Assembly: GCA_050633245.1 (NCBI GenBank)
Contig: JBOEGD010000016.1
Coordinates: 46-64,045, forward strand
DNA length: 64,000 nt
From: Calditrichia bacterium
Lineage (GTDB): Bacteria > Calditrichota > Calditrichia > RBG-13-44-9 > J075
Direction of reading: 5' to 3'
A program made the translations under genes and the position numbers. Positions 20,602 through 30,807 of this stretch are shown piece after piece. Each line of letters starts with the position of its first letter. Within the stretch, counting starts at the first letter, position 1. The notes beneath the pieces were generated by a model. That model did no database searches. It saw only the letters and a list, made by a program, of their open reading frames with translations, and was not told the DNA's origin.

Positions 20602-21702
20602 ATGAACTTAAGTTTTTTTACACTACTTGCGGCGCTTATTTTTACAGCCATTTCAACAACATCCCTTCTTGCGGATGATAAGCTACCGCAAATTCCGATG
20701 GCGGAGAGAGCAACCAAAGATTCGCTCTTTCATGAACCACTTTCACGTGGTATTAATCTTGTTTATGAAGATAAATTTGCAGAGAGCATTGCTATTTTTG
20801 ACAGCCTTCTGGTTCATTATCCGCAACACCCGGCTCCTTATTTTTATAAGGCTGCAGCCTATCAAACCTGGATGTCCAGCTATCGTTTCAACGGATTCCA
20901 GAAAGAACTTGAAGAGAATGTTCAGAAGGCAATCGATACCGGAACCTCATTGTTGGAGAAAACAGAGAACGATCCCTGGCTAAACTTTTACATTGGCGCG
21001 GCATATGGCTATCGCGCTTTTTTTAAGCTACGCAGCTACAATTTTATTGGCGCCTATCGCGATGGAACCCGTGGTATAGACAATTTTAAGATTGCTCTGG
21101 AAAAGGATCCCAAACTATACGATGTCTATTTAGGGCTGGGATCTTATCACTATTGGAGGACGGCACGATCGAAGTTTATCCGCATTATCGCATTCTGGAT
21201 GCGAGACAAACGCAATTTGGGAATAGATCAAATGCGATTCTCGATTGACCACGGACAATATTGCCCGGCGGAGGCCTCTCTGGTACTGGTTACCGCGCTA
21301 TATGATTATAAAAAATACGATGAAGCCCTCGCGGTATTGACAGATTTTATGCAGAGCTCAGAAACGCAGGTCATCTCATCCTATTATATGCTGGGCAGGC
21401 TTCATCTTGAAACTGAAGATTGGCTTGGTGCCGAGGAAAGCTTTACGGCTGTACTAACGAGACTCGAACAAAACAAAGATTCCGCTAAGGGGTATCAGGC
21501 GGAATGTTATTACTGGATTGCACAATCGCACGTAGAACGTTCCGAAAGCCTGATGGCACTTCAAAGCGTCGAAAAAGCTCTGGAACTTGCCAGGCAGCGC
21601 GACAAGAAACGAGAGCTTGAGAGCCAGTTCGAAAGCTTTAATGACATTCACTCGAAGTTGAAAAAGTTACATAAGACATTAAAGAAAGACATGCATGAGT
21701 AA
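20602..21702 (+). CDS. TPR-like repeat protein with signal peptide
   Basis: 366 aa with signal peptide MNLSFFTLLAALIFTAISTTSLLA and helical-repeat composition (...YFYKAAAYQ..., ...YYWIAQSHVERSESLMALQSVEKALELA...). Confidence 0.5.
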   Translation: MNLSFFTLLAALIFTAISTTSLLADDKLPQIPMAERATKDSLFHEPLSRGINLVYEDKFAESIAIFDSLLVHYPQHPAPYFYKAAAYQTWMSSYRFNGFQKELEENVQKAIDTGTSLLEKTENDPWLNFYIGAAYGYRAFFKLRSYNFIGAYRDGTRGIDNFKIALEKDPKLYDVYLGLGSYHYWRTARSKFIRIIAFWMRDKRNLGIDQMRFSIDHGQYCPAEASLVLVTALYDYKKYDEALAVLTDFMQSSETQVISSYYMLGRLHLETEDWLGAEESFTAVLTRLEQNKDSAKGYQAECYYWIAQSHVERSESLMALQSVEKALELARQRDKKRELESQFESFNDIHSKLKKLHKTLKKDMHE

Positions 21703-21750
21703 CAAACCAGGTACGGTCTTGTTACTCATGACTTGTAAAATGGAGGAGCT

Positions 21751-22038
21751 ATGCCTCAGGCATTTGCATTACCCTTATCCTGGCTGATACTTGCCTATCT
21801 GGCAATTGGTGTTGTTTTCGCAATTCCCTTCGCATTTCGCGGAGCAAAAGCGATTGACAGTGCCGCTAAAGAAGCTACGTGGGGATTTAAATTGTTGGTT
21901 ATTCCCGGAGCAGTCATGCTGTGGCCATTTTTGCTTAAGCGATGGGCATCAGGGCTGGCTGATCCGCCGGAAGAAAAAAACGCGCATCGCAACGCGGCTT
22001 GCGCCCTGCACCAGAAACTGCGGGAGAATCAATCATGA
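21751..22038 (+). CDS. hypothetical small membrane protein
   Basis: 95 aa with two hydrophobic helices. First gene of a four-gene same-strand cluster, with 4-nt overlaps between downstream members. Confidence 0.35.
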   Translation: MPQAFALPLSWLILAYLAIGVVFAIPFAFRGAKAIDSAAKEATWGFKLLVIPGAVMLWPFLLKRWASGLADPPEEKNAHRNAACALHQKLRENQS

Positions 22039-22559
22039 TAAACCACCTTCGCAAACGCCATTTTAAAATGGCAGTCTTTATCGGTATTGCCGTACCAGTT
22101 GTCCTGTCTCTGGCAGTGATGAATAAAAAGTCTCCACAACCCAGCAGTAGTGCTCAATCCGTTTCAAAAATTGTGAATGCACAGAGTCAGTGGGAATCAA
22201 CTTTCAGTAAAAAGTTGAACTCTGTAGAAGTTGCCAACTCAGGGATAACGCTTTCTGTAGCTGCAACTACTGATTCGGTTCTCTCCCTTGGCCTAAAGGC
22301 CAGCGGAGGTGCAAAAACCAATATTCCTGATTTGCTGGCATATTGGCATCAGCAAAACGCCACTCAAACTCTTCCCGGGAATGCTTACCTGTTAGGCCCC
22401 TTTAACTCAGGAGAAGCAAGTTCAAACTTCTATGTCCTGCCGGCAACGGCATGTAATGTGGATGGATTCATTTCACTTTATAGCCTGGCGCAGCAGCGTG
22501 TTTACACTGTTAATGCACTTCCAACCGCATCGTTACTAACCTCCGGAGGTGCACAATGA
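22035..22559 (+). CDS. hypothetical membrane-anchored protein
   Basis: Start is moved to the MINHLRKRHFKMAVFIGIAVPVVLSLAV signal/anchor (ORF track starts at 21999). No motif recognised. Confidence 0.4.
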   Translation: MINHLRKRHFKMAVFIGIAVPVVLSLAVMNKKSPQPSSSAQSVSKIVNAQSQWESTFSKKLNSVEVANSGITLSVAATTDSVLSLGLKASGGAKTNIPDLLAYWHQQNATQTLPGNAYLLGPFNSGEASSNFYVLPATACNVDGFISLYSLAQQRVYTVNALPTASLLTSGGAQ

Positions 22560-23590
22560 GTCATTCTTATCAAGCAGTTCAATGGAATCGGCAGAAAAAA
22601 CGTTATGATCTCGCAATTCTTGCAGGTGTGTTACTTTACCTGGGGTTATTTGTAGGATTGGGAGCGACCATCTTCCCCTACTCTACCGCAGAGACGTTAT
22701 TACTTCGTGGATTGTCGACAGCCGCATTTTTGATTCTTCACATCATCCTATCTATCGGACCACTGTGTCGGTTGACTCCAAAATTCTTGCCGCTGTTATA
22801 TAATCGCCGCCACCTGGGCGTGACCATGTTTATTCTCGCCTTGGTCCACGGGGTTCTTGCGACAATTCAGTTCCATGCCTTTGGTAATATCAATCCACTG
22901 GCAAGCATCCTGAGTTCTGGTGCAGACTATTCGTCGATAAGTTCTTTCCCCTTTCAACCGCTTGGTCTTGCTGCGCTGGCAATCTTCTTTCTAATGGCTG
23001 CAACAAGCCATGATTTCTGGCTTGCCAACCTATCTGCGCCGGTATGGAAAGCAATGCACATGCTGGTATACGTGGCGTATGTTTTGGTGGTCTCACATGT
23101 GGCATTAGGAATTGTGCAGGCAGAACCGGTTCCGGTTATGGCCATTTCAACAGGAGCAGGATTCCTTTGGCTAATTGCGCTGCACTTTATTTCCGCGAAT
23201 AAAGAGAAATCGATCGACCAAAGGAGTTTTGAAGCGAATAAAAACGGCTATGTCGAAGTGTGCAGCATCAATGAAATTCCAGAAAACCGCGCCAAAATTG
23301 CCAATATAGGTGGAGAGCGCATCGCGGTTTTCAAGTATGACGGGAAAGTTTCTGCAATATCGAATGTTTGCCAACATCAGAATGGACCGTTGGGTGAAGG
23401 AAAAATTGTTGATGGATACGTAACCTGCCCTTGGCATGGATTTCAGTATCGTCCGCATGACGGCGCATCACCTGCTCCGTTTACAGAGAAAGTGCCAACG
23501 TTTAATTTGATGATTTTAGATGGCAAGGTTCTGGTAAATCCGAAGCCCAATATGGCGGGCACAGCAGTTGAACCGGTAACAATCGACTAA
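22556..23590 (+). CDS. ferric-reductase-like transmembrane domain fused to a C-terminal Rieske [2Fe-2S] domain
   Basis: 344 aa. The N-terminal ~200 aa has 6 TM helices with conserved His residues, MsrQ/FRD-like. The C-terminus carries Rieske boxes CQHQNGPLGEG...(17 aa)...CPWHGFQY. Confidence 0.65.
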   Translation: MSHSYQAVQWNRQKKRYDLAILAGVLLYLGLFVGLGATIFPYSTAETLLLRGLSTAAFLILHIILSIGPLCRLTPKFLPLLYNRRHLGVTMFILALVHGVLATIQFHAFGNINPLASILSSGADYSSISSFPFQPLGLAALAIFFLMAATSHDFWLANLSAPVWKAMHMLVYVAYVLVVSHVALGIVQAEPVPVMAISTGAGFLWLIALHFISANKEKSIDQRSFEANKNGYVEVCSINEIPENRAKIANIGGERIAVFKYDGKVSAISNVCQHQNGPLGEGKIVDGYVTCPWHGFQYRPHDGASPAPFTEKVPTFNLMILDGKVLVNPKPNMAGTAVEPVTID

Positions 23591-23607
23591 AATGGTGGAT
23601 ACAACAA

Positions 23608-24378
23608 ATGTCAGACAATGATTTTTATATAGGTTACTACCCAAAAGCTTCCAAAAAGCAGGGAGCTCTGCTCTGGAAGATTGTTGCAGGTCTTCTGGTT
23701 TTTTCAGGAGCCGTTGCAGTCACCTTAACAATGATGCAGCCGGACTATCCGCCGAGTGCATTTGAATTCGGTGTCGAGCGGGATTTTGAAGGTATCATTA
23801 CCGAAGCCCCTTATCCGGTTCTCAATATACCGCGTCCTGACGCCGAAACGCAGATGCCCGGATATTCACCTTATTTGCTGGTGGTATTCGGTAAAAGTGG
23901 TGCTCAACAGGCAGTTAGCGGAATGGACAGAAAGCGCGTTAAGCTGCGCGGGAGTCTCATTTATCGAGAAGGGCAAACGATGATCGAGATCGTTGACAAT
24001 TCGATCGAGCTAGTCTCCGATGCGCCGGCAACATCGCTGCCGGCATTATCCCGGGAGGGCGAAAATCTCGGCACGCACGAACTTCAAGGTGAAATCGTAG
24101 ATAGCAAGTGCTTCCTGGGGGTTATGAATCCCGGTTCATTTAAGCTGCACAAGGCATGTGCAACACTTTGCATTTCCGGAGGAATACCTCCCGTATTTGT
24201 AGTGCAGGACGAGAATAACCTCGCCACGTATTTTATGCTGGTTTCCAGCGATGGAAAAGCCGTAAACCAGGAAGTGTTGCCAATGATTGCTGCGCCGCTT
24301 TCCATTAAGGGTAATGTCATAAAGCATGGCGATCTGCTAATTCTACAGGCCGACCCTGCAACATATAAGCGTCTTTAG
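23608..24378 (+). CDS. hypothetical membrane-anchored periplasmic protein
   Basis: 256 aa with one N-terminal TM helix (LLWKIVAGLLVFSGAVAVTL) and several Cys in the C-terminal half. Confidence 0.4.
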   Translation: MSDNDFYIGYYPKASKKQGALLWKIVAGLLVFSGAVAVTLTMMQPDYPPSAFEFGVERDFEGIITEAPYPVLNIPRPDAETQMPGYSPYLLVVFGKSGAQQAVSGMDRKRVKLRGSLIYREGQTMIEIVDNSIELVSDAPATSLPALSREGENLGTHELQGEIVDSKCFLGVMNPGSFKLHKACATLCISGGIPPVFVVQDENNLATYFMLVSSDGKAVNQEVLPMIAAPLSIKGNVIKHGDLLILQADPATYKRL

Positions 24379-24413
24379 CGTCAGATAAGTAAAAGGTAAA
24401 CAGGGAGAGCTAT

Positions 24414-25220
24414 ATGTCCGGAAGAACACGGCAAAAGCAGCCAGGTATTATTCGAAACAGCGTTGCGCCACCGCAGCAGATTATTACCGACAACCGATAT
24501 ACGGTGCGATTTGCTCAGGATGAAAGCGATATCGATGCCGCACTAAAGCTACGCTTCGATGTCTTTAATCTTGAACTTGGTGAAGGGCTCGATAGTTCAT
24601 TCGATACAATGCGCGACCGCGACAAATATGATGAGCAGTGTCATCACCTAATTGTGGTCGAAAACGCAACGTCTCAGGTTATTGGCACCTACCGAATGCA
24701 AAGCAACGATATGGCGGCTGCCGGGATAGGTTTTTATTCAGCAGACGAGTTCTGTATGGACGCTATGCCTGAAAAAATTCTGAGACAGTCGGTCGAAGTG
24801 GGACGCGCCTGTATTTCCAGCAATCATCGCAATGGACGTGTTCTGTTTCTCCTATGGCGTGGGCTGGCTGTTTATATGATACACATGAAGAAACGCTATC
24901 TGTTCGGCTGCTGCTCCCTAACCAGCCAGGATCCGCTCGATGGACAAAGCGCGTTACGCTATTTAAATGAAAATGGATACTTGCATCAGGAGTTTAGACT
25001 TCACGGTCAGCCAGACTATATCTGCCCTGAGATCAATGATTCATTGCTCATTCCAACCGACGAGATACGCTTACCACGATTATTCCGCACATATTTAAAC
25101 TATGGCGCAAAAGCCTGTAGCGCCCCGGTAATAGATCGACATTTTAAGACCGTTGATTTTCTGGTGCTTCTGGACATCAATGAGCTGGGAACGCGCAATT
25201 TCAACCTGTTTTTCTCTTAG
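24414..25220 (+). CDS. OlsB/GlsB-family N-acyltransferase (hemolysin-like GNAT; amino-acid N-acyl lipid synthesis)
   Basis: 268 aa with ...ALKLRFDVFNLELGEG..., ...HLIVVEN..VIGTYRMQ..., ...YSADEFCMD... and ...VEVGRACISSNHRNGRVLFLLWRGLAVYMI..., matching the OlsB/GlsB N-acyltransferase pattern. Directly followed by a PlsC-like acyltransferase. Confidence 0.6.
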   Translation: MSGRTRQKQPGIIRNSVAPPQQIITDNRYTVRFAQDESDIDAALKLRFDVFNLELGEGLDSSFDTMRDRDKYDEQCHHLIVVENATSQVIGTYRMQSNDMAAAGIGFYSADEFCMDAMPEKILRQSVEVGRACISSNHRNGRVLFLLWRGLAVYMIHMKKRYLFGCCSLTSQDPLDGQSALRYLNENGYLHQEFRLHGQPDYICPEINDSLLIPTDEIRLPRLFRTYLNYGAKACSAPVIDRHFKTVDFLVLLDINELGTRNFNLFFS

Positions 25221-25224
25221 GATG

Positions 25225-26004
25225 AAGATGCCCGGATTCATCCTTGCACTTTATCGAACCGCCGGATTTTGTGTTGTTACTGCGATTCACGTGCCTATTT
25301 TATGGCTCGGCTATCCATTTGCAGCGGTTTTCGGAAAGTCTGATGCCTGGCGCGTTCGCATGGTCCGACGTTGGGCGAAAAGCATCTGCAGGATGATCGG
25401 AATGAACATACAGGTAATCGGCCAAGCGCCAAAACCACCTTTTTTCCTGGTCTCAAATCATCTGAGCTATATTGATATCATCTTGTATTTCTCTCTTACA
25501 GACTGCATCTTTGTCGCCAAGAGTGAGGTAAGCAACTGGCCGGTAATGGGTTCATTGGCAAAAATAGCCGGAACGCTTTTTATTAACAGGAAACAACATC
25601 GCGATATTCCGCGTGTAAATCGACTGATGCAAGAACTGTTAAACGAACAGCAGGGCATTTTGCTTTTCCCGGAAGGAACGAGCAGTGCCGGCGAAAACGT
25701 TTTGCCTTTTAAACCTTCGCTTTTGCAGTTTCCTGCAGAGCAGGGTTTACACATTCACTGTGCCGCCGTAAAGTATGTCGCGCCGAGTGGATATGATGTG
25801 GCAACCGATATTTGCTGGTGGGGAGACATGACGTTCGTCGATCATCTTTGGAAGCTGTTTCAAATACCCTGCTTTAGCGCAAAAGTAGCTTTTTCGCAGC
25901 AAACGGCCTCTGCAGAAGATCGAAAAGCAATTGCTGTTGAGGCTGAAGTAGTGACAAAAGATTTATTTAGAAAGTTAGACACCAAGGAGTTTTTATGTCA
26001 GTAA
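25225..26004 (+). CDS. lysophospholipid acyltransferase family protein (PlsC-like; OlsA/GlsA-type O-acyltransferase)
   Basis: Acyltransferase motifs NHLSYIDI (HX4D) and FPEGTSS. The start is moved to MKMPGF (25225), removing the overlap with the upstream gene. Confidence 0.65.
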   Translation, partial: KMPGFILALYRTAGFCVVTAIHVPILWLGYPFAAVFGKSDAWRVRMVRRWAKSICRMIGMNIQVIGQAPKPPFFLVSNHLSYIDIILYFSLTDCIFVAKSEVSNWPVMGSLAKIAGTLFINRKQHRDIPRVNRLMQELLNEQQGILLFPEGTSSAGENVLPFKPSLLQFPAEQGLHIHCAAVKYVAPSGYDVATDICWWGDMTFVDHLWKLFQIPCFSAKVAFSQQTASAEDRKAIAVEAEVVTKDLFRKLDTKEFLCQ

Positions 26005-26531
26005 TACATCCGGTCATTGAGCAGAATAGACAATTCCTATCTCAAGGAATTGCATTTTTGGAAGCTCTTGAAGATGACCAATACATTCTCGATAACCACG
26101 AGTATTTTTCCAGCAGCATTGGTAAGCATATGCGTCATGTTTTGGATCATTACCGCAATTTTGTTAGCAGCATTAATGGACAGATAGACTATGATTCGCG
26201 TGAACGTGACGAAAAGGTTGAATCCCAGCGTAGTCTTGCCATTGCAACTTGCAGGGACTTGTATGTTGCGCTGGGACGATTAACCTTTCCGGCAGGTGGA
26301 ATTGAAGCGTCTGTTAACGTGCGCTGTAACGACACCTCAGATGGCAAACAGCTTTGGAGCAAATCCACTTTTCTACGCGAGCTTCAGTTTTTGAGTGGTC
26401 ATACCGTTCACCACTATGCATTGATATCAATGATTCTACGCGTATTGAAGGTTAAGCAGCCGGAAGGATTTGGCATTGCACCATCGACGCTAAAGCACGA
26501 AAGCAGTCCGGAGCGCCAATGTGCACAGTAA
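25995..26531 (+). CDS. DinB/YfiT-like (DinB_2 superfamily) protein
   Basis: 178 aa with His-rich helical-bundle motifs ...GKHMRHVLDHYRNF... and ...LSGHTVHHYALI... Confidence 0.5.
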   Translation: MSVIHPVIEQNRQFLSQGIAFLEALEDDQYILDNHEYFSSSIGKHMRHVLDHYRNFVSSINGQIDYDSRERDEKVESQRSLAIATCRDLYVALGRLTFPAGGIEASVNVRCNDTSDGKQLWSKSTFLRELQFLSGHTVHHYALISMILRVLKVKQPEGFGIAPSTLKHESSPERQCAQ

Positions 26532-27277
26532 GCTGGAAGCTTAGAGAAGATGGTTTCGATTTATTCTTTAACAGGGACGAGTTAAAAACCCGCAGCATTG
26601 CCCTCCCTCCCGCAGTTCAGCTTTCGGAGTCTATGCCATATATTGCGCCAATGGATCCGGACGGTGGTGGCACCTGGATCGCTGTCAACACCGCGGGAAT
26701 TGGCTTTTTTATTCTAAATAATTATCAAAACACCTATTTGCCCGACCCGGCAATTCGCAAAAGCCGTGGCGGCCTTATCGATGGTCTTGTTCATTTTGGT
26801 TCCATAGAAACTGCTGTAAAAAAACTATGCTGGATAGATCTTACCTGTTACGAACCGTTTACAATTGGAATGATCGCAGGTGGTGAAGCCGTTACCGTTT
26901 ATAGCTGGGACGGATTTATTCTGAGCAGGAAAGAAAAGATAAAAGCTCCGATCTCATCGTCTTCTGCAAAGAACTGGCCCGATATTGCCAAGTGGCGCCG
27001 CCAGCGTTTTGCTCAAATCGTTACAGACGCTGCCAATACCAAACAGTTTATTCACTTTCATAGCGACTATTATTCTGTCGATGCGGCAGCTTCAGTTTGC
27101 ATGCGCCGTAAAAATGCAGTGACGGTAAGTCTTAGTCATATCTCAGCGACTCAAAAAGCCGTCACATTTAATTATAAAAACGGTGCGCCGGATGCAGTTG
27201 ATTGGCAGACTCCTGTTGTTTTGTTGCGGGAGGCAAGACAAATCGCTGCTCCCCGACTAACCAATCTCGCCGAGTAA
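26519..27277 (+). CDS. NRDE-family protein (TANGO2-like)
   Basis: 252 aa starting MCTVSWKLREDGFDLFFNRDE..., carrying the family-defining NRDE motif near the N-terminus. Confidence 0.7.
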   Translation: MCTVSWKLREDGFDLFFNRDELKTRSIALPPAVQLSESMPYIAPMDPDGGGTWIAVNTAGIGFFILNNYQNTYLPDPAIRKSRGGLIDGLVHFGSIETAVKKLCWIDLTCYEPFTIGMIAGGEAVTVYSWDGFILSRKEKIKAPISSSSAKNWPDIAKWRRQRFAQIVTDAANTKQFIHFHSDYYSVDAAASVCMRRKNAVTVSLSHISATQKAVTFNYKNGAPDAVDWQTPVVLLREARQIAAPRLTNLAE

Positions 27278-27290
27278 CTCAGGATTTACA

Positions 27291-29847
27291 TTTGACTCGC
27301 TTTAAAATTCTTCTCCTCATTTACGCTTTTCTGTTAACGACATCCTTTATTTATCAGTGGATTTATCCATTTGATACCACGCCAACTAATCATCAAACAA
27401 GTGTCCCCATCGCAGGCTCGGGTGAGCCGGTGATTGTGAATACTCTGGATCTGAAGGCATCTGATACCACAGATGCTCCTGTAATTTTGCTGCTACACGG
27501 TAGCCCGGTTGCGGTTGAAATGTTTGACGATCTGCTTCCTGAACTAAGGCGATACTGTAGAGTTATCGCGCCCGATCTTCCCGGCTATGGAACGTCGAGT
27601 AGAGAGATTTCCGATTACTCCGTTGCAGCGCATGCTGTATACATGCAGCAATTGTTGGATTCGCTACAGATACAAACTCTTCACGTTGTTGGTTACAGTC
27701 AGGGAGGTGGTGTAGCCATTTATCTTTCAGAAATGCTTGGCGAGCGTATTAAATCGCTGACCCTGCTTTCGGCAATCGGCGTTGTTGAGCTTGAATTACT
27801 TGGGGATTATCACCTCAATCATGCTATTCATGGAGCACAGCTGGCAGGTTTCTGGTTACTCCACTATGGCTTTCCCCATTTCGGATTTATGAAGCGTTTT
27901 CCACTAAACATTTACTATGCGCGAAATTTCTATGACACGGACCAACGTCCGCTGCGCGCTTTATTGAAAAAGCTGGAAATCCCGTTACTTATCCAACATG
28001 GAAATAAGGATGCGCTTGTCCCCTACCCGGCTGCGCTTGAACATCATCGCATTGTGCCGCAAAGCGAGTTGATCACCTATAAAGGTGGGCACGGAATACT
28101 GTCAGGCAAAGGCCCGCAAATGGCGCAGGATTTAAGTGAATTTATTTATCGGGTGGAATCGGGCACAGCCCTTTCCAGAAGTCAGGCAGATTTGCACAGA
28201 GTACAAAAGGCAGACGTACCATTTGTTGGCATCGAAAGTGGTCCCGCTGAAGGGCTCGTTCTATTTGTATTGATTCTGGTAATTGCCTTTGGAACTTTAA
28301 TTAGTGAAGACTTGGCCTGTATTGCTGCCGGCATTCTGGCTGCTCGCGGAATGCTGAGCTTTCCAAGCGCAGTATTTGCATCGTTTATCGGTATTTTTAT
28401 TGGTGATATTCTGTTATTTCTTGCTGGAAAGTGGCTTGGAAGACCAGCGCTAAAAAAAGCACCGCTTAAATGGATTATCAAAAGCGAAAGCGTTGAAAAG
28501 AGCACGCGTTGGTTCCAGGCGAGTGGGCCACAAATTATATTGGCCAGTCGCTTTTTGCCCGGTACCCGCCTGGCTACCTATTTTGGCGCAGGCATGCTGG
28601 GAGCATCCATGCGCACGTTTGTATTGTATTTTGGTCTCGCAGCCCTCATCTGGACGCCGCTGCTGGTTGGTATGGCAATGTTGTTGGGAAATCCATTGAT
28701 CGAGATATTCACTGCCTACAGCGCTCACATTCTTTGGTTGCTGCTTGGCGGTCTCATTCTGCTACATCTGCTGACGCGCACGTTACCCAAGCTCTTCACA
28801 TGGAAAGGCCGCCGCTTAGTTTATTCTTCGTGGAAGCGATTTACCAACTGGGAGTTCTGGCCGCCATACTTTTTTTATCCACCGCTGATTGTCTATCTGA
28901 TCTATCTGGGAATTCGTCATCGCTCGTTTACACTCTTCACTGCTGTGAACCCGGCAATGCCGGCTAGCGGATTCGTCGGTGAATCGAAGAGCGACATTCT
29001 TGCCGGTCTTTCCGAGAACAATGATTGCATTGCTGATTTCAAACTAATTGAGGACGGACTCAAGCGTGCAGAGAAGCTAAGAGCCATTACTGAATTTCAA
29101 TCTGGTTTATCACCAATATGGCCGGTGGTTTTAAAACCCGATACCGGTGAGCGTGGAAGCGGCGTGACCATCGCTAAAAATATGCTTGAGCTGGAAAGGT
29201 TTATCGATCAGACAAAAGTCAATTTTATCGTGCAAAAATATGTTTCGGGAGTAGAGTTTGGTGTGTTTTACTATCGCTATCCCAATGAAAAATCCGGCCA
29301 AATTTTTTCAATAACCGACAAACAGTTTATTACCGTTCGTGGCAACGGAAAAAATACGCTGGAAGAACTTATTCTACTGGATGAGCGAGCCGTTTGTATG
29401 GCGGCGTTTCATCTGGACAAGCATGCGCAGCTTTTGTATGAGGTTCCTTCTGCCGGAGAAGAGATTCCCCTTGTAGAGCTCGGAACTCATAGTAAGGGCG
29501 CGCTATTTCTGGACGGCAGTCGCATTAATACGCCGGCCTTATTAAAAAAGATTGATGAGAATAGTCAGGGCTACGAGGGCTTCTACTTTGGGCGGTATGA
29601 TATACGTGCTGAAACGGAAGAGGACTTTCGCAACGGCATCAATCTGAAGATTATCGAACTAAACGGTGTTACCTCGGAAGCAACGCACATTTATGATCCA
29701 AAAAACAGCGTTTTTGATGCCTATCGAATACTGGCCGAGCAATGGCGTATAGCCTTTGAAATCGGCCGGCAAAACAAAGAACGCGGCGAAAAGCCGGTGG
29801 GTCTGATATCGCTGCTAAAGCTGATAATCACGTCGAGGACTACATAA
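27291..29847 (+). CDS. multidomain fusion protein: alpha/beta-hydrolase + DedA/VTT membrane domain + C-terminal ATP-grasp-like domain
   Basis: Probable TTG start at 27291, just after the NRDE stop (the ORF track ATG at 27202 overlaps). An N-terminal TM helix is followed by a hydrolase with nucleophile elbow GYSQGGGVA. The DedA core is ...ILASRFLPGTRLATYFGAGMLG.... The C-terminal ~300 aa (...WPVVLKPDTGERGSGVTIAKNMLELERFI...IVQKYVSGVEFGVFYYRYP...KIIELNGVTSEATHIYDP) has an ATP-grasp-like pattern. Confidence 0.65.
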
Positions 29848-29940
29848 TGCAGAGTCATCGGTAAAGACACTCAATTGCGCGTCTCTAGAACCTCGGGACA
29901 TACCCAAAGACGCACTGCAGTGGTCTCTATCCATGCGTCT

Positions 29941-30807
29941 CTATAACCGAACAAACGCACCCAGCGTATATGACGGCGAAGACGCTACAAGATTACCGTC
30001 AAACGCCCCAAATGATGCGAAGCTAATCCCAATTTTCGGCGTAATGTCTGCCAGAACTTTCACTCCCGACGCGATCCACTCTTGTCCATCAGCATATAAC
30101 CCGGTCTGAGACAGGTTATTATCTATGTTGACAGCATCGGTAATAGATTGGCGAATGTCGACAGCTGCGATCAGCCAGAAGCGAGAGCCAATTTTCGCGC
30201 CAGCCTCTCCTGCAAACAGAAAGTCATCGCTGTAATCATTCGTTCGGAAACGTAGACTGATATCGCTGGAAACATAATATTTGTTACCGCTTGTTCCCAG
30301 GCTGATTCCTGGAACAATTCCCAATGCATCTACCCCACTCGCCAAACCAGTTGCAACGTCGGCTTCGCCTGCAGGCATCTCTGCTTTAAATGTGATAGCA
30401 GCCTGAAGGCGATTAAAAGCCTTCCCAGACTTTAGTGCAATAGCCGCATTCCCAAGTGCAGACTTACTGCCAGATTCAAGTAGTGGCGAAAAACTTCCTG
30501 CTCTACTATCCTCGGAAGTAGAAACGGATTTAAAGGGAACTTCAATTGAGGCAGACAAGAAAGGTGTTAGTCCGTATTCCGCATAAAACTGAGTTGTGAT
30601 GTCAGAAACATCACGATTCAGTGTAAAGTTATCGCCATCGCCATTATATAGGCCATCATAAGTTGGTATGACGGTAAGCGACAGCTGAGCAAACCCCTTA
30701 CTTTTTTGCTGTAGCCACGGACCACCTGCGAATGCAAATGATCCAAATAGAACTAGCAGGAACAAACTGGTTGCGATCGTATTTCGAGTTGTATTAAACA
30801 GATTCAT
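29941..30807 (-). CDS. hypothetical outer-membrane beta-barrel protein
   Basis: 288 aa with signal peptide, alternating amphipathic beta-strands rich in G/S/A/aromatics, and a C-terminal ...YTLGAFVRL. Confidence 0.5.
   Translation of the reverse strand: MNLFNTTRNTIATSLFLLVLFGSFAFAGGPWLQQKSKGFAQLSLTVIPTYDGLYNGDGDNFTLNRDVSDITTQFYAEYGLTPFLSASIEVPFKSVSTSEDSRAGSFSPLLESGSKSALGNAAIALKSGKAFNRLQAAITFKAEMPAGEADVATGLASGVDALGIVPGISLGTSGNKYYVSSDISLRFRTNDYSDDFLFAGEAGAKIGSRFWLIAAVDIRQSITDAVNIDNNLSQTGLYADGQEWIASGVKVLADITPKIGISFASFGAFDGNLVASSPSYTLGAFVRL

Noticed and set aside
28509-28967. 152 aa plus-strand ORF, with minus-strand ORFs at 28182-28728
   Set aside because: These are alternative-frame or antisense ORFs inside the alpha/beta-hydrolase-DedA-ATP-grasp fusion gene, whose frame is supported by three independent domain signatures.
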